Positions 1 through 14,317 of a stretch of 64,000 nucleotides of DNA are shown here, piece after piece. Below the pieces are notes generated by a model that saw only the letters and a program-made list of their open reading frames with translations, made no database searches and was not told the origin of the DNA. The DNA comes from Octopus vulgaris (lineage: Eukaryota): contig OX597819.1 of NCBI GenBank assembly GCA_951406725.2, positions 98,332,001 through 98,396,000 of the forward strand, written 5' to 3'. The position numbers and the translations under genes were made by a program. Each line of letters begins with the position of its first letter. Positions within the stretch are counted from its first letter, which is position 1.

Positions 1-345
1 TACATCGACCCAGTGCGTAACTGGTACTTATTTAATCGACCCCGAAAGGATGAAAGGCAAAATCGGCCCCAGCGGAATTTGAACTTAGAACATAACGGCA
101 GACGAAATACCTATTTCTTCAGTACCCACAAGGGGCTAAACACAGAGAGGACAAACAAGGACAAACAAACGGATTGAGTCGATTACATCGACCTCAGAGC
201 GTAACTGATACTTATTTAATCGATCCCGAAAGCATGAAAGGCAAAGTCGACCTCGGCGGAATTTGAACTCAGAACGTGGCGGCAGACGAAATACCGCTAA
301 GCATTTCACCCGGCGTGCTAACGTTTCTGCCAATTCACCGCCCTA
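1..345 (-). mobile_element. Same SINE family, with tandem core units
   Basis: Reverse complement of the 5483-5880 element. Confidence 0.85.
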
Positions 346-2857
346 CCACCACTATTAATATTGTAAAAGGAATATTTGACAATCCTAAAACACCTAAAAA
401 TCAAGTCCAGATAACTATATGCTATGAACAACAACAAGAACATTTTTCATTCAGTTATTGCTGACGTCACGAAAGAAAAAGACCGCTGAGATAAGTTGTA
501 AAGCAGGATGTCATCAAACAGTTTCATCTTTATATTATATATTATATAATCTCCTTTAAGGAGATTTAGAAATATTAATATTTCTAATTTCATCTTTGGT
601 GCGCTTCTTCTAATATGGACATCAGCTATATATTTAACGTGTTTTAGTTACTAGTCAGCTGTGTCCGTAGTAGTCAAGAAAATGGACGATAACGACGAAG
701 ATGCAGCCAAACCAGCTAGCTGCTAAAATCACACGACGACGGCTACTGTCATTCTCGACTGAAATAACATCTCATAAATCTTTGAACAATCGCACTTGGT
801 GTAAACATCTTTTCTTTGTCGTTCATAATCACGGCAGTATATTAATTTACTAACGATAAAAATAAATATTTTTGCAATTAAATCTCAACAGAATTAGTGT
901 TCTTTCCATCGTCTTCAACTCAACCAAATCATCACAATGGTGACATGCAGAAATGTCATATATTTTCAATATAATTATCATTTGGCGGCGGAACTCTTCG
1001 TTGAAGTAAGTGATGAACTGCTTGTGAACCTTGGTTGTCAAAAACCTTGTGAAACTGGGGAGACGGAAAGTTTTTCGATGGACTAAACCTATTCGAAAAA
1101 AATAGTCAACCCGCCTCCCTATTTAACACCATCTTTTTCAATTCTCTGTTGCAAGTATTCAAGCCATATTAGTAGACTAAAATTTATGTTTGCTTTCTTC
1201 AACTCCCAACTACTACCAATCCCTTAAAGTGCCATGGATGCTGCCTCTACTATTTTAACCAATAGCTTTCCCCTGCCCCCAGAAATTATATACATTGATT
1301 CTCTTACATCTTCAATTAACTGAATTTGGGTGACCCATAACCATCTAATATCATTTTTTTTAATGGCTACACCATTTTTAAAAATAGCCTTCACCATCTG
1401 CATCATGTTTATAATCATATTCAATATATACAGGACCCGATTAAGACCAATTAAAACCCTAATCACAGCCCTGAAATTGTACCCCCTTTAGGACTTCTAT
1501 GATTTAACTGACAACCCATTAACACATAAATACTGAATGTGTAGGAGCTGAAAATAATTGAATGAAATCAATATATTAGAAGATAAGATAGTAGTTTAAT
1601 TGTGCTGGGTGGTAAAATCAGAGACATTGCTTGTCATAAAAATATTCAAGGAAATCTTTCGTTTAGGCTTGTCATTCAGAAAGTCCCGCGGGCCACCGAT
1701 TTCCCACAACAGATCTATGGCAAAAGGTTTCCAAACTGCTAAACAGCGTCACGGCATTTTAGTATGTTGCCGATAATTTCTGAATGTGCCGCGAAATTAA
1801 GATAAATTTTTACAAATATTTGATTATAAAGTATATTTGAGATCTGTCATCTCTGTGAACAGTTAAACAGTTGACTGGTGTCACATGACATATTTAATGT
1901 TTCATTTATTAAATTTGTTAATTTCCTATTGATAAAATTTAATTAATATCACGAACAACTATTCTTTTAAAAACAAATCGCCAATATGCAAAATTTCGAT
2001 AGAATACTCTATGTATGTATGTCCGGGGTACGACACTGAACTCCATCCTGTGGTCAGTTCTAGTACTAGAGTTGCGAGGAATATGGAGTCGCCCCTAATT
2101 ACCATTACTCACAGATCCGTTCGCACGTCAAGTTCCCATCATCGAGTTAAATAGATTTCCCAGAAGTAGAGGATACCATCGTTATTTTTGACAAAGCCGT
2201 GGGGAAGGTACCTCTTCTAAGAGAAAGATACTCTGATATAAAATTTGCAATCAAAATAATACCAGTCATTTTACAATGCTCGTCACCGGAACCTGCTATG
2301 GTGACCGAGAGTAACATAAGTGTTGTACAAGCTTTTGTCGCTTAAATCCAATGACGTACAGATATCTCAGTATCATTTCATTTCTTGACCTGTTTTGTAT
2401 TTTATAAAGTCCTATGACAATGGATGCGTGGTGAAAAGTCATATCTGTACACAAGCAAGACTGAAAGTAAATCGGAACAATCAGGCTGAATGTGATACGG
2501 CTATCATTTGACAAGATAAGGCAGTCATCATGTATGTATGTATGTATGTATGTATGTATGTATGTATGTATGTATGTATGTATGTATGTATGTATGTATG
2601 TATGTATGTATGCATTATGTATGTATGTATGTATGTATGTATGTATGTATGTATGTATGTATGTATGTATGTGTGTATGTATTATGAATGTATGTATGTA
2701 TTGGATATATCCCAATACACTTACACTCACACACACATACACACACACACCTTTAAATGTACATATGGTCTTGAATGTTTCTCGGTAACAGGTCGAGGTT
2801 TTCATTCGTTAATCCTCGCAACAGCACGTTAAATTTCGCTTATTATAATGTCGAAAG

Positions 2858-3158
2858 TGGAGGCGCAATAGGCCAGTGGTTAGGGCAACGGACTCGCGGT
2901 TTCGATTCCCAGACCGGGCGTTGTGTGTGATTATTGTGCGAAAACACCTAAAAGCTCCACGAGGCTCCGGCAGGGGCTGGTGACGACCCCTATTGTATTC
3001 TTTCGCCAAAACTTTCTCTCACTCTCTCTTCCTGTTTCTTGAGTAACGCTGCGATGGACTGGCGTCCCGCCCAACTGGGAAGATCACATACAACACAGAA
3101 ACCGGGAAACCGGGCCCAAGAACATGGCTAGGCTTGAAAAGGGCGACAAAAAATAATA
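2858..3158 (+). mobile_element. tRNA-derived SINE with 13-bp TSD
   Basis: A-box-like aggccagtggttag, B-box-like ttcgattcc, A/AAT tail; TSD ATAATGTCGAAAG at 2845-2857 and 3159-3171. Confidence 0.8.
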
Positions 3159-3959
3159 ATAATGTCGAAAGAAAACAGCTTGAATCCCAGAGATATCTCT
3201 TCTTATTTTAGACGGCGAGGTGGAAAGTATTTTTGTTTCTGGTGTTAATATTAGTTAAAAACAACGATTTCTAACATAGAGACAATGTTTCAAATACAGG
3301 AGATGAGGTATGGTCAATTACATTGACCCAGGATAATGACTAGTATGGTCAAACAGTTAAGAATACTACCAATACACCATCAGTGCAACATTATTGTTTA
3401 GTCCCGGATAAGTCTTGATCTAGTAGTCCAATGAGCAATGATTTTCCAGCTGTGACCATCCTGTCTATTTTGAAGACAGTCCTCTTTTCAGGTAGTCCTA
3501 CTAAACTTTTTAAAGATAATATGGTGTGATCTTGAGGGAGATTTCACTGCTATTTCCAGCAAGTAAAGCAATCGCGTAGAAGCACACACATTGGCTCGCG
3601 TGAACTAATAATAGTTTAAAAGCTTGTCTATTCTTCATGTAGACATAGAAACTGCGGGGCGAGTTGGTAATAAAAGACCAAATCGAACTTCGGCACAAGT
3701 TTTTTGAAACGAGTGATGTCGTTTCTTTGTTGAAGATGGAATCAGCAGTTTCTGAGGGAATCACTACTTGAGCATCGCTTTAAAAAAGACCTAGCGATTC
3801 ACACCACCGTCATCACCACCAACACAACTACCTCTACCATCATCATCATCATCGCTACACTAAAATCTGGCACACGCGCCGTGTTTCTTGAGATTGACTT
3901 TCTTCATCTGCTTTCTGCCCATCCTCATCTCCAGTCTGTTTCACCTTTCTTCTTCCTCC

Positions 3960-5482
<1,523 letters not shown>

Positions 5483-5483
<1 letters not shown>

Positions 5484-5880
5484 GGCGGCGAGCTGGCAGA
5501 AACGTTAGCACGCCGGACGAAATGCTTAGCGGTATTTCGTCTGCCGTTGCGTTCTGAGTTCAAATTCCGCCGAGGTCGACTTTGCCTTTCATCCTTTCGG
5601 GGTCGATAAATTAAGTACCAGTTACGCACTGGGGTCGATATAATCGACTTAATCCGTTTGTCTGTCCTTGTTTGTCCTCTCTGTGTTTAGCCCCTTGTGG
5701 GTAATAAAGAAACAGGTATTTCGTCTGCCGCTACGTTCTGAGTTCAAATTCTGCCGAGGTCGACTTTGCCTTTCATCCTTTTGCGGTCGATAAAATAAGT
5801 TGAAGATTGGGATCGATGTAATCGACTCATCCCCTCTCCCCAAATTGCTTCCCTTGTGGCAAAATTTGAAATATTATTTC
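5483..5880 (+). mobile_element. tRNA-derived SINE with Meta/MESC-like core and internal ~185-bp tandem duplication
   Basis: Head aaggcggcgagctggcagaaacgttagc; B-box gagttcaaattcc; core gcctttcatcctttcggggtcgataaa..gtaccag present twice. Confidence 0.85.
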
Positions 5881-6685
5881 TACTACTGCTTTTAATATTT
5901 ATTTCTTTATTACTGTATAAGGCTGCCGTATAAATATATGAATTAACAAACAGACATGTCACCTTCTGTAATTGATAAGTTAAACTCGTTAAGATTCCTT
6001 CCACCTACGGCAGAATTAATCTTTTTTTTCTCTCTCTAAATGATAGCTGAACCAACAAAACAATATTCATACATAAATAACATACATGTATTTTTGTGTG
6101 TGTATGTGTGTTTATGGTTGTATACACCCACACAAATAAATAAACAGCAGTGAATATATGAAAACATGCAAATAATTTCATACAACCCTCCATTTACTGG
6201 TATCCACTTCTCCTTCATCTCCCAATTTTTCTCAACTTCCAATTTCTTCTATTTCACCGTCTCCCTTTCCTCCACTCTCTCCCTCCTTCTCGCTCAATAT
6301 TACATTTTTCCCCCTATTTGCGAAAAGTTCTTATACATTTCTTTTTGAAATCACTTACTTTAAATTGGTTTTATCATGTGTGTGTGTGTTCCTTCAGCTC
6401 ATCCTGCTCTCTATCACTAGTTGTATGTTTTTTATTGTTGTTTTTTTAACCAGAAAAATCCACAAGAATGTTTTCCTTTCTTTTTTTTTCCTCGTTTAGT
6501 TGTTGTAGTTGTTATTGAAGATGTTATATTTGTTCTTCTTGCACAATATTATCGTATTCTTTACACTGCCACCTACAATAATGTGGTGGTGACAGATCTC
6601 AACCAATAATAATAACAATAACAAAATTAATAATGACAACAACTATTATTATTATTATCATCATCATTATTATTATTATTATTAC

Positions 6686-6743
<58 letters not shown>

Positions 6744-6756
6744 ATCATCATCATCA

Positions 6757-6823
<67 letters not shown>

Positions 6824-7402
6824 CAATTATTTATTTATTTATTTGCCAAAAGGTTGACAACTGAGAGGACATTTTTAGATGAAATTACGAAAGAAAAAAA
6901 TAACTGCCAGAGTTAACATAGAATCAATTATAAGAACACAAGCAATAATACGCACCACCGACACAATCTCCCCCAACACCAAAAACATTAACAACAACAA
7001 CAACAACACAACATTAATGCTGTTCATAACATTTCTAGATGTTCTTCATTTATGAAGAATAAAAACAACATGGCGCTCGTACTTAAAATTCATTTACACT
7101 TCCGGCAAAATGGAAGTAAGAACTGACTGTAAAAGAGCGTTACCCTCTCCAATAATATTCTCGTCCTTTCAGTTGTTGCTTGACTCTGTACGTGTGTATG
7201 TCTGCGTGTGTATTTGAGTGCCTTTATGTGTATGTGTATGTGTATGTGTATGATTTTTTTCCCCATAATTTGATGTTTATTCACACACGCGCTCGCACAG
7301 ACATGTATATATGTGTGTATGTATGAATGTACGTATGTATACATTCACGTGTTTGTATGTATACATATGTACATTCATATATATATATGTATATATATAT
7401 AT

Positions 7403-7508
<106 letters not shown>

Positions 7509-8129
7509 ATACATACATATATATATACACACATACATATATATATATACATATACATGCATATATATGTATGTATGTACGTATGTATATGCACGTATAC
7601 TTTACTTACTTTTTTGCCAGTATTGGCCCAGGACATGTCTAACTTAATAACACATATGTATATACACGATTCACCATTATAGTTGTTCGGAACCCAGCTA
7701 TAGGTATTCGTAGTACATTTAAATCCTCAACCACAAAGGAGCATCAGAGAACACTTTGTTGTATTAATTTCCAGATAACTATGTACCTGATGGTCCGTTG
7801 TTGTTGAGCATCTAAATGCACTTCGAACACCTATTGTTGGTCCCTAAACAACGAGAACGGTGAAACGCGCTTACGAACGATAACATAAACCTTTGTTTAT
7901 CCTTATTTCTCCTACATTTGCTCTGCAGTTAATAACTTGTAATACCACTCATTATAAAAGTAATTTACAACTATACATGAAGCAGACGAGATTATGATAG
8001 CCCACGTGGAGCTTTAAACCTAACAGTAACAAACGTAAATCTAATTGTAAAAAAAAATTCCTACTGTGACGCCATGATAGATCGCTAGCTCCTACACGCA
8101 TATTTTTTCTCCTTGTTTTTTTCTGTGTA

Positions 8130-8167
8130 TCTTTCTGTCGAAGAGCGTAGGCTCGAAACATAAAAGA
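8130..8167 (+). ncRNA. Minimal hammerhead-like motif in a short repeat (8085-8260)
   Basis: tcttt-CTGTCGA-a-gagc-gtag-gctc-GAAA-ca-TA-aaaga. Confidence 0.5.
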
Positions 8168-8255
8168 CTTTTTTTCTATTCCTGAGCGCTATACTAATAC
8201 ATTTGTTTGTTTGTACTCCACCTGCCTTCGTCTTTTGTTTATTTTCGTAAACTTT

Positions 8256-8324
<69 letters not shown>

Positions 8325-8327
<3 letters not shown>

Positions 8328-9506
8328 GGTGCGTAAAGTATTTGAGCGCAGATTCATGTTTATAAAAGAAAAACATATATAAGAACAGATAATAACTTTA
8401 TTTATGAAAAAATACTATGAGGATAAAAATAAATCTTCTTTTCTAAAGTGTTATTCAATAACGCCACCTTCAGTTCGACAACTGCTTCTGTATGAGATCT
8501 TAGTCATCTACATGCTCGAATCAATTGGTCCTGGTTCATTCTGGACATTACTCTGACTATGACAGCTTTCATAGAATCTTTGGTGTTATGGGCGTGTTCA
8601 TTGACCTCTCTCTCAACAATGTCACACATGTCCAATGGATTGAGATATGGGGAATTAGGGGGCCAAATGTTAGGGGTTATGTGATCATGATAATTTTCAT
8701 TCATTCATTCCTGCGTTACTAGAGCCATGTGTGATAGTGTAGAGTTTTACTGAAACACATATGGCCTTCCATTACATGCAATTATTTCCAGAACCTCAAT
8801 GTAGGAGGCCTTGTGGAAAGAATTAAGGAGGCACCACATGTCCTTCATTGCTGACAACCCCTAAAACTATGACAATTGCAGAAAAGTTTGTATGCTTAGC
8901 ACTTGAAACTTCAGACGGATCTGCACATAACCATCTGTCATTTCTTCTGTTTACTTTTTTGATCTTGGTCGAAGTTTTCTTCGTTTGCGAAAAACCAAAT
9001 CAAATCTTCTACTGGATTTTTCAGTTTGTTTAAGAGCCTTTTAGTTCTGATGTAGTGATTTTCTTTTGCTTATATCTGATGTCTTCGTGGACAACATTTC
9101 TGACTGTTCCTTCTGACACATGGAGATCTTTTGCAATTAACCTCACGGACTTTCTGGGATTGTAATCAATGGTCTGTTGAAGTAGCTGGATAAATTCTGG
9201 TGTTCTGATGATTTCAGAGCGTTTACAATACTCTTTATGCTTTGATACTGGTGATACGTTTCCATCTTCAGTCTCTAGCTCCTAACAAACTTTGTAGACG
9301 AAAGCTCTGGCAACTTTTAAAACTCGAGATATTTCTAAATCTTTATGTTCAACCTTTATAACCAGAATAACAGCATGCCTCTTCATTTCTTGAGTAAGTT
9401 GAGGGTCTACCAATACTATTTTCTGAAAGAAAGATTATACAGAGTTAGCAAAAAAATGCAGCAATGACCCAAAAAGGTATGTCTTCGAATACCTTATGCA
9501 CCCTCT
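8325..9506 (-). mobile_element. Degenerate Tc1/mariner element, maT (DD37D)-like
   Basis: TIR CAGGGTGCGTAAAGTATT at 8325 with an imperfect inverse near 9488-9506. WPPNSPYLNPLD motif in ORF 8504-8704. Left end abuts (TA)n. Confidence 0.82.
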
Positions 9507-9563
9507 GTGAGTGTGTGTGTATATATATATGTGTGTATGTATGTATGTATGTATGTATATGCA

Positions 9564-9650
<87 letters not shown>

Positions 9651-9807
9651 GTGTGTGTGTTTATTGTTAAGGTAATGAATAATGTAAAACGTGTTGATCT
9701 GAGGTGACAGTAAGATAATATGTATTATTTCAGGAGAAATTTATATGATACTTATCTATTTATTTGAAAAAATTAAAAACTAATATCATATATCTATTTA
9801 TCCGCAG

Positions 9808-10511
9808 GTGACTGGTTTACGTCTGATGTTTGGGCCGACTTCATGCATCACTACCAAGTTGGTTACAATGAATGTATGCAGGAGGTGGTTCGTTACATGA
9901 CCGATGTGGAGGGCATTGACACAAACGATAGTCGCTGTATACGTATCATGTCTTACCTTCAGACCAGATTCAGACCTGACGCTTCTATTAATACTGGTAA
10001 TGTCTATCGAGACACGATCAGTCGAGTCGCCTCACAAGTTACACGCATGCAGTACGGAGCTGGTTCGAATCTGACCTGTACCACTGGAACCTCCATTCGA
10101 AGCCTTCATCGATATAACCCATATGTAGCTCAGGGCTCCCATGGCACTTCCTACTTGAATGTCCCATCGCCAACTGCTGTGGTAAATCCAGTCACATCGT
10201 GTCCTAGTCGAATTAACAACAACTCCACTAACTGTACCAATGCCACGTTTTTCGGTCGTAACTCGCATATGAACCCCACAGCATTTCCTCTACAGAACAC
10301 ACACGCACACAAACCGTTGCTGACCACAGCTTTGTCAAACAGTACGAATCTACCTAGTTTCCTGTTCACCACCACCAACAATGAGGTGATACCAACAATA
10401 ACAGACCCAGGCAAGCTACCAACAGCCACAGTAGCAATATCAGAAAGACAACCTCAGATGTTGACCAAACATTCAATGCGATCGCCAGCGGCAATAACGT
10501 CCAAGATGTAA
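9808..10511 (+). CDS. HELT: Terminal coding exon of a HELT/Heslike-type bHLH-Orange transcription factor (Orange domain plus low-complexity tail, no WRPW)
   Basis: tccgcAG acceptor at 9806-9807, phase 1. WADFMHHYQVGYNECMQEVVRYMTDVEGIDTNDSRCIRIMSYLQTR resembles the HELT Orange domain as I recall it. Stop at 10509-10511. The bHLH exons were not found in the window. Confidence 0.78.
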
Positions 10512-10917
10512 AGAATGAGTCAGTGAAATTCTGAAACTTTCACACATACATATACATATGTATTCACACACACACACACACACACGCGCGCGCGCGCACG
10601 CGCACGCGCCGACACACGCATATTCACGTGCACACTTTATCTCACACACACACACACACACACATACCTATACATACTTGCATACATATAAGTATATATA
10701 TATATATATATATATGTACACGCACACATATATATTATGTATAAACATATATAAACATATTTATGGCAATCTCTTTCTCTTTCTTTCTCTGTATATATGT
10801 GTGTGCGTGTGTGTGTATATATATATATACATACGCGCACACAAACATACACACATCTTTCTGTCTGTGTATGTATACATTATGTATTTGCATACACACA
10901 TATATGTGCATGTGTGT

Positions 10918-10976
<59 letters not shown>

Positions 10977-11132
10977 TGTATGTATGTATGTATGTATGTA
11001 TGTATGTATGTATGTATGTATGTATGTATGTATTATACAAGCATACGTGTATGTATATATGTATGTATGAATGAATGAAATACATTCAATTCCATGCCGA
11101 AACTTCATGTTTTCTTGTACAAGGAAGGATTT

Positions 11133-11270
11133 ACATTATTTACATTATTTACATTTGACGGATATTTATCCTATCTGTCCACTACACCATATGCCCGTGG
11201 GCATGTGGCATAGTGGTTAAGAGCACGGGCTACTAACCTCAAGATTCCAAGTTCGATTCCAGGCACTAAT

Positions 11271-11319
<49 letters not shown>

Positions 11320-11320
11320 T

Positions 11321-11351
<31 letters not shown>

Positions 11352-11399
11352 AAGAAGAAGAAGAAGAAGAAGAAGAAGAAGAAGAAGAAGAAGAAGAAG

Positions 11400-11436
<37 letters not shown>

Positions 11437-11622
11437 TCGAAAAAATACCATAGGAATGAGAACCCAGGTTCGAAATTTCCCCAAGGCACCTGATGAAGGC
11501 TGGAGGGAATATTAGCCGAAATGCTGTGTTAACAACAAACAAGATGAGGACAACTATCCGTCAAATGTAAATAATGTAAATAATGTACATAATTCCTCAT
11601 CTCTTAAATATAGGACTGTATT
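11133..11622 (+). mobile_element. tRNA-headed retroelement with hammerhead-like motif and 5' inverted duplication, 12-bp TSD
   Basis: TSD AAGGAAGGATTT at 11121-11132 and 11623-11634. A box 11206-11216, B box 11251-11260. CTGATGA at 11490, GAAA at 11518. 11132-11176 is the inverse of 11542-11587. Confidence 0.8.
11485..11530 (+). ncRNA. Minimal type-I hammerhead ribozyme-like motif (degenerate stem III)
   Basis: ggcac-CTGATGA-a-ggctg(10 nt)tagcc-GAAA-tgct-gtgtt. Confidence 0.6.
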
Positions 11623-11701
11623 AAGGAAGGATTTGTTTCCTAATAAATATATCAAATATACCACTGGGCGAGACTTGAAGTCCTAGCTGAAACTAACTTT
11701 A

Positions 11702-11739
<38 letters not shown>

Positions 11740-11918
11740 GCATTCGTTTATTTATTATTTTTTTTGTTATTACAGTTTATTGCACAAATGATAGAAAATA
11801 AATTATTATGATATAAAGAAATATAAACAGTTTTCGCTTTTTAATTGTTATTTAATCTTCAAACTCTATCTTTACTTTCACAAAAATTTGGGGAAATACC
11901 TCAGAAAAACATCTATTA

Positions 11919-12292
11919 AACAAGATCACTCAGAGAGCGCAAAGCTCCGCCAAGGCAACACCAACGTCCTCTCAACGATTAGCCAGAGATGATTTTTAAA
12001 ATGAGAATATCTGAAATAAACTCGACTGCTCTCACAAACGAGAATACTGAAAATGAACCCGACCACTCTCAAAAATTAAGTAAAAAAAAAAACAGGGAAA
12101 ATAATCCAGAATCCTTGTCCAGTGCGGGATCGATCTCAAAATCTAATTAGTTCGTGCCAGTCACGAGGCCAAACATATCTGAAAATTTCATCCGAATCCA
12201 TCCAGCAGTTCTTGAGATATCTTGACCAAGGACAAACAAACAAACACGACTGAAAACAACACCTCTGCCTTCGCTAAGGCGGAGGAAATAAG
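11919..12292 (-). mobile_element. Helentron/HINE-like non-autonomous rolling-circle element
   Basis: Terminal hairpin ctctgcctt-cgct-aaggcggag; subterminal inverse ctccgccaaggc; aaatttcatccgaatcc core; T-rich ends. Confidence 0.55.
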
Positions 12293-12792
12293 GCATTAAG
12301 ATTAGGAACGGGAGTGGTAAATCGTTGATGACAAAACTTCGCAGTATTTAGTTAAATCTTTAGATATGATATCAAATCTTGTTGAGATCGAATTTGCTTT
12401 TCATCGTTCCAAAGATCGATAAAATAAAGTAGCGTTCAAAAAGAAAATGAGGTCGTGGAACAATTTTAATCAGCCATACTCTCTCCGAAAATTTGAAACC
12501 TTACGTTAAAAATAAGAAGTCTGAACTCTTCCAGTCTCACACAGAGGTCCACGTTGATGTTCGGTATCAAGTCAGTAACCTGTTGTAAAGATGTATAATC
12601 GAAGTTGTTGAAGTTGTGACCATGCCATCATGTTTACAGATCTAGATGTACCTAGGACTACATTTTGGAAAGTAGGTCTAAGGATGTGATGTGCTTTGGT
12701 GAAAACTGATTCCCGAAACATGTGATAAGGCCGAGATAATTAACACATGTGCGACAATAGAAGCGTCAGTGAATGTGGTACAACATAGGTTA

Positions 12793-13651
12793 CTAGCAGA
12801 CGTACCCGGTAATCCCGGGAAAAGCGTGGCTTATCCCTTGGTTCCGCTCTCATAATTGTTTCACTAATCCAATAACAACAATACAAAGTATGTAACCCGT
12901 TTTTTGTGCATTTACAGAGAACACCGAACTGTCTTACACAGGGTCTTGTTTTTAGGAATTCCTAATAAGTTATGAATATCCAAATTGTGAAATCAGTTAT
13001 GTAATTACATGAAATTAGTTACCCGATAGTAACAATTCAAATAAAGTAGCCCCGAAAAGGGTTTTAATGCGTTCCCAGAGTATATAGAACTTAGAAGGAA
13101 ATACAAATAAGGTATATATACTAAAATCGTGAAGCATGTTACGTAATAACAGGTTAATCAGATATGAGACAATAACAATTGAAAGTAAATAACTCTGAAA
13201 AGGGCTTTTGTGCATTCCCAAAGAATGTTACCCTCAGGAGCGCTAGTGTTGCTATATTCGTGAATAAGTCACTAACCAAAATAAGTGGATCTATTGTTTA
13301 GGAAAATACTATTTACTTGTTTAAGGGTTGTAGTGGATAAATTGCGAAAATAACTCTAACAGTTCAAATACTAAGAAATAAGCATACTCAATTTCTTTTA
13401 TACCAAATAATATAGAAAATGAATGGGTTATTTCCTTTGGCTGTTAAAATAAAATATAGTAGTTATTTATAAGGATCCCTTCCAGGGGCCTTATCAATTT
13501 TTTCAACAGTCTGAGTATGCCATGAGGTTTCCAGACATGAGTTGTACTCACTTGTCAAGTTTCATCAAAATCGATAAAACTATGTTGGAGGAGTTAGCTA
13601 ACTCCGCAAAAAAACACATCCACAGACAGAATTTCCCTCATATGTAGTAGA
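12793..13651 (-). mobile_element. Non-autonomous Helitron
   Basis: On the minus strand it begins A|TCTACTAC (13651) and ends CTAG|T (12793). Subterminal GC hairpin cccgg-taatc-ccggg at 12805-12819. Confidence 0.75.
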
Positions 13652-14200
13652 TCACCAATACATGTAATACTTTTGAAGAGTTTCTCGATGCATGTAGAAC
13701 AGCAGAGGTACAGTGGAGGTAATTCTTGATGCCTATAGTATATTGGAGGTATACCTCGATTCATATGATACAGTGGCGGTAAGTCTTAGTATGTGTGACA
13801 TAGTTAGATAGCGCCCACTGTATGTATTACAGTGAAAGACGCTGTAGACATTTGGTTCTGCCTCAACAGATATCATCAGTACATACAAGACAAACAGATA
13901 TATAAAAAGCGCACAACACATTATGGCCTAAATAAGTTGCAAAGATGAAAGAAAAATGAACTAAAAGAAATAACTCGAAATGGTTGATGGCATGTATTTG
14001 AACAACAAAAACAAATAAGGGTATATCCACAACTGTCATCTTGTCTTCAGACAATCAGATACGTCAGCTTTGGAAAAACTGATGTCGTCACTTTTGAAAA
14101 AATTCTTTATTCACGAGATTACTTCTCTTCATTTGAAGTAAGTACTAATTGCTACAAAACCTTTAAATATGCGCTTGTGCGCGCATGCATGTATGTGTGT

Positions 14201-14277
<77 letters not shown>

Positions 14278-14317
14278 TGTGTGTGCGTGTGTATGTGTGT
14301 ACTTTAGGTAAAATATG

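Noticed and set aside
640-1500. ORFs 850-1041 and 1224-1466 as genes or HELT upstream exons
   Set aside because: No recognisable domain and wrong strand for HELT; probably decayed repeat.
11199-11272. Functional tRNA gene
   Set aside because: A/B boxes are present but acceptor and T stems pair poorly, there is no terminator, and it lies inside a TSD-bounded repeat; treated as a SINE head.
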